A stretch of DNA of 64,000 bases from assembly GCA_963703655.1 (NCBI GenBank), contig CAVPFA010000006.1, positions 446,379 to 510,378 on the forward strand, read 5' to 3'. The first letter of the stretch is position 1, and every line of letters starts with the position of its first letter. This DNA comes from an uncultured Acidimicrobiaceae bacterium (GTDB lineage: Bacteria > Actinomycetota > Acidimicrobiia > Acidimicrobiales > Bog-793). The notes under the pieces are model-generated. The model saw only the letters and a list, made by a program, of their open reading frames with translations, was not told the DNA's origin and did no database searches. Position numbers and translations under genes: made by a program. Below are positions 20,327-29,556 of this stretch, piece by piece.

Positions 20327-20403
20327 GCGCCTCTAGCTCAATTTGGCAGAGCAACGGACTCTTAATCCGCAGGTTCTGGGTTCGAGTCCCAGGGGGCGCA
20401 CCA
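20327..20403 (+). tRNA. tRNA-Lys(CUU) with encoded CCA
   Basis: GCGCCTCTAGCTCAATTTGGCAGAGC...CTCTTAA loop...GGTTCGAGTCC...GGGGCGCACCA. Confidence 0.95.
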
Positions 20404-20464
20404 GGTCAGTGTAAGAACGACGCCCAGCGCGAGCGGCGGCGCACCCCTCACGGTTCTCGGTGGA

Positions 20465-20761
20465 ATGGTCGCGGCCGCTTCCGCAGATGGCGACTGCATC
20501 GAGATCGAGCTGGCAGCGGGAGCCGCTGACGGTCACCCGGCCGGGGCGCTGCTCGTCCAGGTGGGCACCTATCAGGGTTTCGTGTGGTCGACCTCTGCGA
20601 CAAGCGAGACGCTCTATGTCGACATCCCGGCTGTTGACGGCGATCACTACCTGATATTCACTGCCGTCAGCCTCTCGGGACGAGAGCTCATCGCCATCGC
20701 CGCGGCTGGACTTCCGGGTTCTCCACCGTCGACGACGCCCTGCTCAGAGAATTGCGGCTGA
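20465..20761 (+). pseudogene. Hypothetical protein, probably a C-terminal fragment
   Basis: Protein-like ORF with no clear RBS, starting just after tRNA-Lys. Confidence 0.35.
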
Positions 20762-20799
20762 ACAGCCGAGGTGGACTCAACTGCCCTGCTCATCGCCTG

Positions 20800-21105
20800 C
20801 TACTCCGGACGGAGCGAAAGGGCCAGGCGTGGCACGACGAACGACACGAGAAAGATCGGCAAGAACCTCTTTCCGGTACATCGGAAGGCGACGACCTGGC
20901 CCTCGGCCGCGTCGAAGGTCAGAGTACGGCTCAAGTTCCGGCCGTTCAGGACTTGCAGGGTGTGATGTCCAGCTTCGATTGGTATCTCGATGGTGTCGTT
21001 CATTTCGACCGACCCGACACGCTCACCGTCGACCACGACATCGAACGTGCCACGACGGACCTCCACTCCGATCGCTTTATGCGTCAGCTTGAGAGTTGCC
21101 GACAT
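20800..21105 (-). CDS. Small hypothetical beta-rich protein
   Basis: GAAGGAG RBS; FDVVVDGERVGSV...AGHHTLQV. Confidence 0.7.
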   Translation of the reverse strand: MSATLKLTHKAIGVEVRRGTFDVVVDGERVGSVEMNDTIEIPIEAGHHTLQVLNGRNLSRTLTFDAAEGQVVAFRCTGKRFLPIFLVSFVVPRLALSLRPE

Positions 21106-21272
21106 CTTCAGTCTCCTTCACGATCCTGGTTCATAGCCCTGTCTTACACCGTTCGGCGTAAGAAGATCAGCAACAAGCTGAGGAAATTCCGCCTCCGTAC
21201 GCTTGGCCACCGTGGCGATCATCTGCCAGTCTCGCCATTGTTGCTTGTCACGGCCTCAGGATTCGATCCGCG

Positions 21273-22856
21273 ATGGTCGATACACAAGATGTGGACCAGG
21301 ACGTCAATCTCGAGGCGTTGCTCGAGCGTACGCATCTGGCATCGACCCCGGCGGATTGCGAGGCATGCCTGCCCGAGATCGAGGGGGCGCTCGAGTCGGT
21401 AACGGTTCCTGCCGACCAAGCCCGACTTCTCATCTGCCGCGCGCGGGTGCGATCATTCCAAGCGCGAGACCTTGAGGCGTGTGAGGACGCGGCCGCGGCG
21501 ATGACTCTGTTCGAGGCGGCCGGTGAAACCGAGTTGGCCATCGACGCGGCGAGCCTCGGTGCTGCTCATGCCTCTCTACTGGGCAAAGTCTCGCTCGCCT
21601 CGGAACTCGCGGTGAAAAGCATCCTGGGCCTCGATTCGGTGAGCGATGACCGTCTGCGCATGGAGATCACCAACAGACTGGGAATCTTCTGCTACTACTA
21701 CCTGGACTACGACCGAGCCGTAGAACAGTTCGAGTGCTCACTCGCTGCCGCCGAACGAATAGCTGACGGCGAAAAGATTAGTCGCGAGCTGTACAACATC
21801 GCCGACGCACTGTTGCTTGCTTCCCAGCACGCGGGGACCGACACTGCGCGGCTCGAACGCGCCGAGGTGATGGCACAAAGACTGCTCCGCGAAGAGACAG
21901 CGGTGATGAACCCTCGGCTTGGCAACTATCGGCTGCTCGCAGAGGTCCTGTGCGACTTGGGCCGGGTGGAAGATGCGCTGCAGGTGCTGGACGAGTTCCC
22001 AGCTGACGTGAACGCGATCACGCCTGTGAATCAGTACGCCGACCTCGCGTGGGTCGAAGCCCGATGTCTTCGCCTAGTAGGCCGAGTAGAGGAAGCTCTG
22101 GCCGTTGCCCGCCGCGACGTCCAGATCGTAGAGGTGAGCGGGGACGAACACGACTTGATGCTGACCCTCGAAGAACTGGCCGCCTGTGAGGAGGCTGCCG
22201 GCGAGCTGCAAAACGCGTTGGTACACGCGCGAGAGGCCAAGATGCACATGTGGGCTATACACCAGGCACAAACAAAACAGCTCGTTGAGCGGGTCTGGGC
22301 ACACGTGGATCTCGAGCGCGATCGCAGGAATCTCCAAACCCAGGCGGCCGAAGCTACACGGTCAGCTGAGGAGGACGCCCTCACGGGTATCGGAAACCGG
22401 CGGTTGCTCGCACGCTTTATTCGCGAACAGGCTGCGCAGCAAGCCGAGGTTGCCTGCATAGTCGCCGACATCGACTCTTTCAAGGAAGTCAACGATACCT
22501 TCGGTCACGACGTTGGCGATGCAGTTCTGCGGCGAGTCGGCCAGCTCTTCTCGAGCAAGACACGAAACGGCCAGTTAACCATTCGGTACGGCGGCGACGA
22601 GTTCGTGGTGGCGTTGGCGGGCGTCGACTCGGCAGGCGCTTACGGTTTCGCCGAGCGAATACGGCTGGCGATCTCCAGTTTTGACTGGACAACTGTCGCG
22701 CCCGGACTCCACGTCACCGTGAGCCTCGGTGTTGCCTGCGGTCCGGCCAAGGACTGGCAGAAAGCACTCACAGCAGCAGACGAGCGACTTCTCACCGCCA
22801 AACGGCGGGGCAGGAACGCCGTCGTCACGACCTCGATCCGCGCTCTCACCGCATAA
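21273..22856 (+). CDS. TPR-like helical repeat plus GGDEF diguanylate cyclase
   Basis: DALTGIGNRR, DIDSFKEVNDTFGHDVGD, RYGGDEF. Confidence 0.9.
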   Translation: MVDTQDVDQDVNLEALLERTHLASTPADCEACLPEIEGALESVTVPADQARLLICRARVRSFQARDLEACEDAAAAMTLFEAAGETELAIDAASLGAAHASLLGKVSLASELAVKSILGLDSVSDDRLRMEITNRLGIFCYYYLDYDRAVEQFECSLAAAERIADGEKISRELYNIADALLLASQHAGTDTARLERAEVMAQRLLREETAVMNPRLGNYRLLAEVLCDLGRVEDALQVLDEFPADVNAITPVNQYADLAWVEARCLRLVGRVEEALAVARRDVQIVEVSGDEHDLMLTLEELAACEEAAGELQNALVHAREAKMHMWAIHQAQTKQLVERVWAHVDLERDRRNLQTQAAEATRSAEEDALTGIGNRRLLARFIREQAAQQAEVACIVADIDSFKEVNDTFGHDVGDAVLRRVGQLFSSKTRNGQLTIRYGGDEFVVALAGVDSAGAYGFAERIRLAISSFDWTTVAPGLHVTVSLGVACGPAKDWQKALTAADERLLTAKRRGRNAVVTTSIRALTA

Positions 22857-22976
22857 AGGTGGTGCGGGCTTCGTCGTAGAATCCACACCGCGACCTCCGT
22901 GCGAAAAGTCGCCACAGAAGGACTCGCGACTAGGTCAGCATTGCGCGGATCGACAGCGCTATCCAGGGGAGCAGAG

Positions 22977-23519
22977 ATGGAGATACGACGAGTTGTCACC
23001 GGTCATGACGAAGAAGGAAAGGCCGTGTTCGTCAGCGACGAAATGGTGGAACCGGTGACGTTGGCACTTCTTCCGGGTAACGAGTTCCATCGCCTCTGGG
23101 GCGCCGATACAACCGTCACGTTCCCAGACGATGGGTCGAGGCCGGCTGCGGACCGTTACTTTCCTCCGGTCGCCGGATTCCGATTCGGGTTCTTCACCAT
23201 CCCCCCGAACGGTGGCGCAGGCGCGCCGGCAGATCTGGACTTCGAGTCCGCGCTCGGCGAACTCGAGGAAAAGCTGCCGGGCTTGGCAGAGCACCTCGAG
23301 CCCGAGCATCCCGGGATGCACACCACCGCCACCATCGACTATGGCGTCGTGCTTTCCGGGGAGGTCATCCTCGAGCTCGACGATGGGGCCAAGGTAACCC
23401 TCAGGGCCGGCAACTCGTACATCCAGAACGGTACGCGCCATCGCTGGTCCAACAAGGGCGGCGTGCCGGCTGTCGTCGCCGTCACGCTGATTGGTGCGAA
23501 GCACAGCAAGGTCGGCTGA
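22977..23519 (+). CDS. Cupin domain protein
   Basis: IRRVVTGHDEEGKAV, MHTTATIDYGVVLSGE, QNGTRHRW. Confidence 0.9.
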   Translation: MEIRRVVTGHDEEGKAVFVSDEMVEPVTLALLPGNEFHRLWGADTTVTFPDDGSRPAADRYFPPVAGFRFGFFTIPPNGGAGAPADLDFESALGELEEKLPGLAEHLEPEHPGMHTTATIDYGVVLSGEVILELDDGAKVTLRAGNSYIQNGTRHRWSNKGGVPAVVAVTLIGAKHSKVG

Positions 23520-23591
23520 AGTGGAATGAGAACTCACACGCTCCGACCTGGCGCAGGTTTGCCTGCATGACCTTCGCCGGCGGCGAGCGAC

Positions 23592-23740
23592 CTACAACCA
23601 GGTCTCCCCGTTTGCAAGGTCGTCCTTGCCCGGGAACTCGTTCAGCTTGGCCTCGAGCGTCGCGACCAAGCGACCGATCCAAGTCTTGGTCAAGCGGCAA
23701 GGGCTGGAAACAAATGCCAGACCAGCGTGGCCCGATCCTC
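23592..23740 (-). pseudogene. C-terminal remnant of a DUF5615/VapC45-like PIN protein
   Basis: Manual translation gives GSGHAGLAFVSS...TWIGRLVATLEAKLNEFPGKDDLANGETWL*; the N-terminus is absent. Confidence 0.45.
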
Positions 23741-23744
23741 CCGG

Positions 23745-26105
23745 CTAGACCAAGCTGACGGCGAACTCCATGAGGAACTGATCCATAGCCGCGACGTCGA
23801 TTGGCCGGGAGAAGAGAAATCCCTGTCCGGAGTCAACGTGTTCGGCTTGAAGGCGGATGCGTTGATCATCGTCCTCGATCCCTTCGGCGATGGTTTCGAG
23901 ATTGAGGACCTTGCCGAGCTGGACGAGCATGTGGACAAGGGCCGCGGACTCGGTAGAGTTCGCAATGCTTGAGATGAAGAACCGATCGATCTTCAGGATA
24001 TCGATCGGAAATCGTTGAAGATAGGCGATCGACGAGTAGCCGGTGCCGAAGTCGTCGATTGCTATCCGCACACCGAGCGACCTCAAGATTCCAAGTCGTA
24101 CAATCGTCGCTTCGACATCCTTAATGAGCGCCGTCTCGGTGAGCTCTAAAACGAGCAGCGTCGGGTCGAACCCGCTCACGTCAAGCGCGCCTTGGACATC
24201 GTCGAAGATTCGATCCCGATCCAGTTGCCTATTCGACACATTGACCGACACCGAGAACCTGTGGCCCGCGGCCTGCCAAACCGCGCCTTGCCTGCAGGCT
24301 TCTTCGAGCACCCAAGCACCGACAGAGACAATCAGGCCACTTGCTTCCAGGGCGGGGATGAATTCATCGGGCGGGACCACACCACGAACGGGATGTCTCC
24401 AACGAATCAGCGCCTCTACACCGGAGAGCGTATTCGTCTGCAAGTCGATGATGGGCTGATAAAGGAGGTAAAACTGGTTCTCGGCGAGCGCACCGTGAAG
24501 GTCCACGTCCAGGTGCCTGCGGTCATCGACCGCCGCCTGCATCGACGGAGCGAACGCGACCGCGCAGTCTTTGCCAGCAGCCTTTGCCTGATAGAGCGCG
24601 ATATCGGCGTCACGCAACAACTCGCCTGGTTCGACGCGCTCACCCCTTGCCGTACCGATGCTCACCGAGATCGACACTGGGAAATCGACCCCGATCATCT
24701 CGAACGGAGCCCGCAAGGCGCCGAGGATTCGGTCCGCTATCACGGCGGCGCCATCCGACAGCGCTGCGCCATCGACGAGCAAGATGAACTCGTCTCCTCC
24801 GAGACGGCCGACGGTGTCGACTTCACGCAGCGTGTTAACGAGCCTCGTTCCGACAGCGACAAGCAGTTCATCTCCGACCTCGTGGCCGAGCGTGTCGTTG
24901 ATGTCCTTGAAGTTGTCAATGTCGAGGAACATCACTGTACAGGGAAGGTGGCTGCGGCGCGAACGCGCAAGCATCTGGCCGATCCTGTCGATGATCAACG
25001 TCCGATTGGCGAGTTGTGTGAGTGGGTCATGCAACGCCTGGTGGCGTATCCGCTCCTTGGTTATTTCTTCGTCGCGCATCACTTCGGCGAGCCGAAAGAT
25101 GACGAGTCCGGTGACGCTGATTGATGCGATCGCTATCGGCAAAGCATCAACCTGTTGATCGAGCACATGCTGGACAACAAGCAGCAACGGACCAACGACG
25201 GTTGCCAAGCCGAGAAGCCCCAACCTCGTTCGCGAGTGCAGCGTTCTGCCGAGCGGTGCCGGGGTAGTCAGGGTTCGCATCGAGGGATGAAGCGCGCACG
25301 CGCCGACGGTGACGTAGTAGAGGAGCCAGCCAGCCTCAACGAGCGAACCAGCGTGGTAAGCGACGTTGTGCAAGTTGAGCCAGCCGTCGTAAGAGTCAGT
25401 CGCGGCGAGAAGGATGAGACCGGAGGTCAGAAGCCGGAAGGAGGTGCTTTGACGCCCCCCGCCAGTAATCAGGCGCAGGACCATCATCACCAGCATCAGG
25501 TCGGTCATCGGGTAAGCAAGGGAGGTCAGGCGGGTTAATAGACCGATTGAGCCAGCCGTGTAGGGCTTCATCAGAAAGACCCAGGAGACAAGCGTGATCG
25601 CAGAGCCAACGATGAGGGCATCGATGACGGCGGATCTGTTGCGCCCACTCCGATGATGAACGATGAGAGCGAGGCCAGCCACCATGAACGGTATCCGGGC
25701 AAGATAGAAGAAGTCGGCCGGACTCGGAAAGCTGGCGGAGTGCGTGATGTAGATCGCTCGGTAGGTGAGGAAGTCGCCGACGGTATAGGAGGCCTGACCG
25801 ACGGCCATCAACCACCATGGCGTTACATGGCTCGGCCGCCACCGGAGTATTCCGAAGACGATGGCCAGCACCGCTGACGCGTTCAGGAGGATGTACAGCG
25901 GATACCGAGGTGCCCAAGCTGGTAGCCAGGCCGCACGCGGATTGGCGAAATAGACGAGCACTACGAGCGCGCCCAGCGCCGCGTAACCCCAGCAGGCACG
26001 GGTCCCTGTTCTCGTCTGGCCCGCCTTAATAGCAGGTGACGGCGCCAGGTCTTGAGCCATAGCTGCCGGGGCCACCCATCGCGAGGTACAGCTCGAACTG
26101 GTCAT
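23745..26105 (-). CDS. Membrane-bound GGDEF-EAL diguanylate cyclase/phosphodiesterase
   Basis: Multi-TM N-terminus; HDPLTQLANR, REVD I-site, LGGDEF, VEALIRW, DDFGTGYSS. Confidence 0.92.
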   Translation of the reverse strand: MTSSSCTSRWVAPAAMAQDLAPSPAIKAGQTRTGTRACWGYAALGALVVLVYFANPRAAWLPAWAPRYPLYILLNASAVLAIVFGILRWRPSHVTPWWLMAVGQASYTVGDFLTYRAIYITHSASFPSPADFFYLARIPFMVAGLALIVHHRSGRNRSAVIDALIVGSAITLVSWVFLMKPYTAGSIGLLTRLTSLAYPMTDLMLVMMVLRLITGGGRQSTSFRLLTSGLILLAATDSYDGWLNLHNVAYHAGSLVEAGWLLYYVTVGACALHPSMRTLTTPAPLGRTLHSRTRLGLLGLATVVGPLLLVVQHVLDQQVDALPIAIASISVTGLVIFRLAEVMRDEEITKERIRHQALHDPLTQLANRTLIIDRIGQMLARSRRSHLPCTVMFLDIDNFKDINDTLGHEVGDELLVAVGTRLVNTLREVDTVGRLGGDEFILLVDGAALSDGAAVIADRILGALRAPFEMIGVDFPVSISVSIGTARGERVEPGELLRDADIALYQAKAAGKDCAVAFAPSMQAAVDDRRHLDVDLHGALAENQFYLLYQPIIDLQTNTLSGVEALIRWRHPVRGVVPPDEFIPALEASGLIVSVGAWVLEEACRQGAVWQAAGHRFSVSVNVSNRQLDRDRIFDDVQGALDVSGFDPTLLVLELTETALIKDVEATIVRLGILRSLGVRIAIDDFGTGYSSIAYLQRFPIDILKIDRFFISSIANSTESAALVHMLVQLGKVLNLETIAEGIEDDDQRIRLQAEHVDSGQGFLFSRPIDVAAMDQFLMEFAVSLV

Positions 26106-27109
26106 GCGAGCCGCAAGCGACGACGTCGGGAGAACAAGATTGAGGTGCCTGCTGCCAGCAGGAGCGTGAGGACAACCAGCGCGGCGAGCATGAGAGGGCC
26201 GGAGAGTGAGCGTTTCCCACTCGCCGAAGTCCTCGCCGGAAAGGTGATCATGGTGACGGAGCTTCTCTGCGTGCCGTCGCTCGAAAGGGTGAGGTCCGCT
26301 CGCCAGGGACCTCGCGGAACTTGACTATCGAGCTCGGTGCGCTCGACCGCCGAGTGATCAGGAGCGAGCAAGGATCCCAGCGTGACGGGAAATGGGCCAG
26401 CGGAAAGCCCGCCCGGACCGTCAGAGAGCCTCAGTTCTCCGGTGATGTCGAGAGCAGCCTGGCCCACGTTGTGGACGACCGCAGCAACAAGTGGATCCCC
26501 ATTCGCCCCACGACTGGCTACGAGGGAGCCGACCGTGAACTCCGCGGCTGGCAAGCCGCCTTTCCCGACCGAGACGTACATCCGGATCCCCACCCGGTTG
26601 ACGAGCCGAACGCCACTGTGCGTGGGCGATGGCGCGGAGACCTCTGCCCAGACGACGGCGTAGCGCTCACCGGATGAAGCCCTCTTCGCAACATTGATCG
26701 TCACGGCGTCGAGGACCGTCGCACCTGACGCCAGGTGTAGGACCGAATGTGCGATTGTCGTCCAGCTGGACAGCGAGTCCCCGGTACGGCCGGGTGCGAA
26801 CGAGAACTTGCCTTCGGCGATGCCGGCCGCGGCCGCGAAGACGACGACGTCGGCCGTCGCGTCGGTGGTGTTGCTGATCTCGATCCGGCGAGTCACGCGA
26901 CTGCCCGGGGAAAGCCGCTCGACAATGTATGAGAGGGCGAGTGGCCCCGAGGACGAGCTCGAGGCACCGGAAAGGAGCCGGATGCCGATGCCACCCGAGC
27001 TCATCGGCATCGACGCTGCGGTCGCGGCGCTCGGCGCTAGGAGGCTCCCTGCGAGAAGGGTCAGGCCGAAAGCCAAGCCCCAGATAGGGAGCGCCCTAAG
27101 GCTTCTCAT
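26102..27109 (-). CDS. DUF916-like (WxL-interacting) secreted protein with a C-terminal TM anchor
   Basis: Signal peptide; PGSRVTRRIEISNTT...SWTT...SGERYAVVWAE...NRVGIRMYVSV; TM followed by RRRR. Confidence 0.7.
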   Translation of the reverse strand: MRSLRALPIWGLAFGLTLLAGSLLAPSAATAASMPMSSGGIGIRLLSGASSSSSGPLALSYIVERLSPGSRVTRRIEISNTTDATADVVVFAAAAGIAEGKFSFAPGRTGDSLSSWTTIAHSVLHLASGATVLDAVTINVAKRASSGERYAVVWAEVSAPSPTHSGVRLVNRVGIRMYVSVGKGGLPAAEFTVGSLVASRGANGDPLVAAVVHNVGQAALDITGELRLSDGPGGLSAGPFPVTLGSLLAPDHSAVERTELDSQVPRGPWRADLTLSSDGTQRSSVTMITFPARTSASGKRSLSGPLMLAALVVLTLLLAAGTSILFSRRRRLRLA

Positions 27110-27622
27110 TCACGCGACCGAACTCGTGATCGTCGCTGTGTACACGCCCGGCGCGAAGTTCGCCGGCACAACGATCGAGATCGTCGGAGACCAGGTCGAG
27201 GTACTGATCCCGGTGCTCGCGCCCGTGACGACAGTCACCACTCCCGTCAGGTCCGTGACCGGATACGCCGTTGCGACGACTGGCCCGGAATCCACGATCG
27301 GACCAGCTGAGTAGCTGACGTTGCTCGCCGGATCCGCAGGACCAGCGCTCGGGGTAAAGGCCGTGGATATCACCGACGCTGTCCAGGTGGTCGTGCCACC
27401 ACGTTGGTCAGAGACCGTGACTGCACCGAGCGAGCCCGACATCGTGCTCGAAACCGTCGAAGCCACCTGTGTACCGAGAGAGACCCCGGCAGTCGGCGCG
27501 CTGATCGAGAGCGTGCCCGACGTGAGTGTGAACGACGCAGGAGTCGTGGCCCCGGCAGGTGAAACGATGCCGGCGACCAGACCGCCGAGCATCGTCAGGA
27601 CCAGGACAAGCTTTCGCAGCAT
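27110..27622 (-). CDS. Small secreted WxL-like domain protein
   Basis: Signal peptide ending AGA; VTVSDQRGGTTTWTASV and C-terminal GVYTATITSSVA resemble the WxL motifs. Confidence 0.65.
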   Translation of the reverse strand: MLRKLVLVLTMLGGLVAGIVSPAGATTPASFTLTSGTLSISAPTAGVSLGTQVASTVSSTMSGSLGAVTVSDQRGGTTTWTASVISTAFTPSAGPADPASNVSYSAGPIVDSGPVVATAYPVTDLTGVVTVVTGASTGISTSTWSPTISIVVPANFAPGVYTATITSSVA

Positions 27623-27921
27623 CGGGACGTCTCGTCTCTGTCATCGAGAGCGGAGCCAAGATGTGGCGCCCCTGAGTCGCCTGAGCGGCTTCGAATCCGA
27701 ACTGGATCTGATCGACGCCCCTACTATACCTGCTATTTATTACCTGGTGTTCACTGACAGTGATATTTCAGCTGCTCTTAGTGTGATGTTCTTCGAAGGG
27801 GTGCATGGCTAGGCCCCGTGCGGCCCGCCCAGAAGCCGATCATCAAGTTGAGGCAGCCCTCCATCCGATACCTTGCGGTCCGGGCGCAGTCGCGCGAACC
27901 TGCGGCGTCCGGAGGTAACCA

Positions 27922-28659
27922 ATGCCGTACGAGAAAGGCCCGGAGCTCTCGGGCGCGCGCCTTGAGGATGCCGATTTCTCCAACGCCCGCCTGCACGCGC
28001 CGAACTTCGAGGGTGCGAAGATCACGGACGCGTGGTTCTACAACGCGGACATCTCCGGCGATCTCGAAGGGCTCCGCCTGAACGGGGTCCAGGTGGCGCC
28101 GCTCGTGGCGGCGGAGCGGGCGCGGCTTTTCCCGGAGCTCACGCAGCTGCAGGCGGCCGACCCTCAAGGCCTCGCCGAGGCGTGGGCGATGATCGAGGCC
28201 CAGTGGCAGGCGACCGTCTCCGGTGCGCGGGAGCTTTCCGAGGCGACGCTCAACGAGCGCGTGGACGACGAGTGGAGCTTCGTCGAGACGCTTCGCCACC
28301 TCGTCGCCGCGACCGACTGCTGGCTCCGGCGCATGGTGAAAGGGATCGACCGGCCCTACCACCCCTGGGGACTTGCGGGGTCGTGGCTCAGCGATCCTGG
28401 GGCCTGGGGGCTCGAAGCCGACGCGAACCCGTCGCTGGACGATGTCCTCGACGTCCGTCGTGCCCGGATGGACGAGGTCGAGCAGACGATCGCCGCCCTG
28501 ACGCCGGAGGAGCTGGACCGTGTTTGCGTTCCCCCGAAAGCGCCGGGTCATCCGAACTGTGAGCACACCGTCCTCGCATGCCTCCACGTGATCCTCAACG
28601 AGGAGTGGGAGCACCGCCGCTACGCAGTGCGCGATCTCGAGGTGCTCGAAGGCCCCTGA
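27922..28659 (+). CDS. Pentapeptide-repeat plus DinB family protein
   Basis: LSGARLEDADFSNARL; EWSFVETLRHL; NEEWEHRRYAVRDL; GGAGG RBS. Confidence 0.88.
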   Translation: MPYEKGPELSGARLEDADFSNARLHAPNFEGAKITDAWFYNADISGDLEGLRLNGVQVAPLVAAERARLFPELTQLQAADPQGLAEAWAMIEAQWQATVSGARELSEATLNERVDDEWSFVETLRHLVAATDCWLRRMVKGIDRPYHPWGLAGSWLSDPGAWGLEADANPSLDDVLDVRRARMDEVEQTIAALTPEELDRVCVPPKAPGHPNCEHTVLACLHVILNEEWEHRRYAVRDLEVLEGP

Positions 28660-28803
28660 CGGTTACGGACCTGCGCCGGCCCTGCCGGCGTTCGAACTGT
28701 TCGCCCTTCGGTGGTCCGACACCGACTGGGACGGCGATTTACTCGCGTAGCCAGGGCATCTGCGGTTCTTGGCAGCCCAGAAAGAAGGCGGCGAGACTCT
28801 GGC

Positions 28804-29556
28804 ATGGACGACAGGCTGATTCCAACCGATGATCCGAGCGAGGTGGAAACTCGCCTTGGCATGCCGCTCGTCGAAGCAATGCTCACCCAGCGGGCGGTCC
28901 GACGGGTCGAGTCCGATCCGGTAGACGACAGCATCGTGCTGCGTTGTCTGGAGCTGGCGCTCGAAGCTCCAACCGGCTCGAACGGCCAGAACTGGGAGTT
29001 CGTGATCGTAAAGGACCGTGCAGTGAAAGCTTCGTTCGCGGCACAGTACCGACGCGCGTGGAGGCTGTACGGAGCGATTGGTCAGAGGGTCAGGACCGGC
29101 GAGCAAACGGCCAAGACCTTGAGGTCCGTCCAATGGCAGGTCGAGCATTTTGAGGAGATCCCGGTTCTTGTCGTCTGCTGTCTGCGAGGTGCTGCGCGAG
29201 TGCCGTTCCTCCCCGAGCCGCCGGTCGCTGCCTCGAGCCATTACGGGTCGATCTACCCGAGCGTCCAGAACCTCCTACTAGCGGCCAGGTCTGTCGGCCT
29301 CGGTGGCGCCCTCATCACATTGCCACTGTGGTCTAACAGAGTGGCGCGTCGAATCCTCAAGCTCCCGCTGACCGTGGAGCCGTGCTGCATCGTGACACTC
29401 GGCTGGCCAAAAGGCCGCTACGGGCGCAAGGTTCGCAAGCCGGTCGGAACGGTCGTCCACGTCGACCGATACGGTCACCAGCCGTGGCGGAGCGGGTCGA
29501 CGCAACCGACAAGTGGTCCGGTCGTACGGGGGGTCGTTACCGAACCCCCCTCCTAG
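28804..29556 (+). CDS. Nitroreductase family protein
   Basis: TQRAVRR, APTGSNGQNWEF, SIYPSVQNLLLAAR. Confidence 0.88.
   Translation: MDDRLIPTDDPSEVETRLGMPLVEAMLTQRAVRRVESDPVDDSIVLRCLELALEAPTGSNGQNWEFVIVKDRAVKASFAAQYRRAWRLYGAIGQRVRTGEQTAKTLRSVQWQVEHFEEIPVLVVCCLRGAARVPFLPEPPVAASSHYGSIYPSVQNLLLAARSVGLGGALITLPLWSNRVARRILKLPLTVEPCCIVTLGWPKGRYGRKVRKPVGTVVHVDRYGHQPWRSGSTQPTSGPVVRGVVTEPPS

Noticed and set aside
27623-27800. c-di-GMP riboswitch upstream of the WxL-like operon
   Set aside because: No recognisable class I (GGCAAA...GAAA...GACGCAAAG) or class II consensus.
28690-28705. CGAACTGTTCG as a second SOS box
   Set aside because: The half-site spacer is 1 nt instead of 4.
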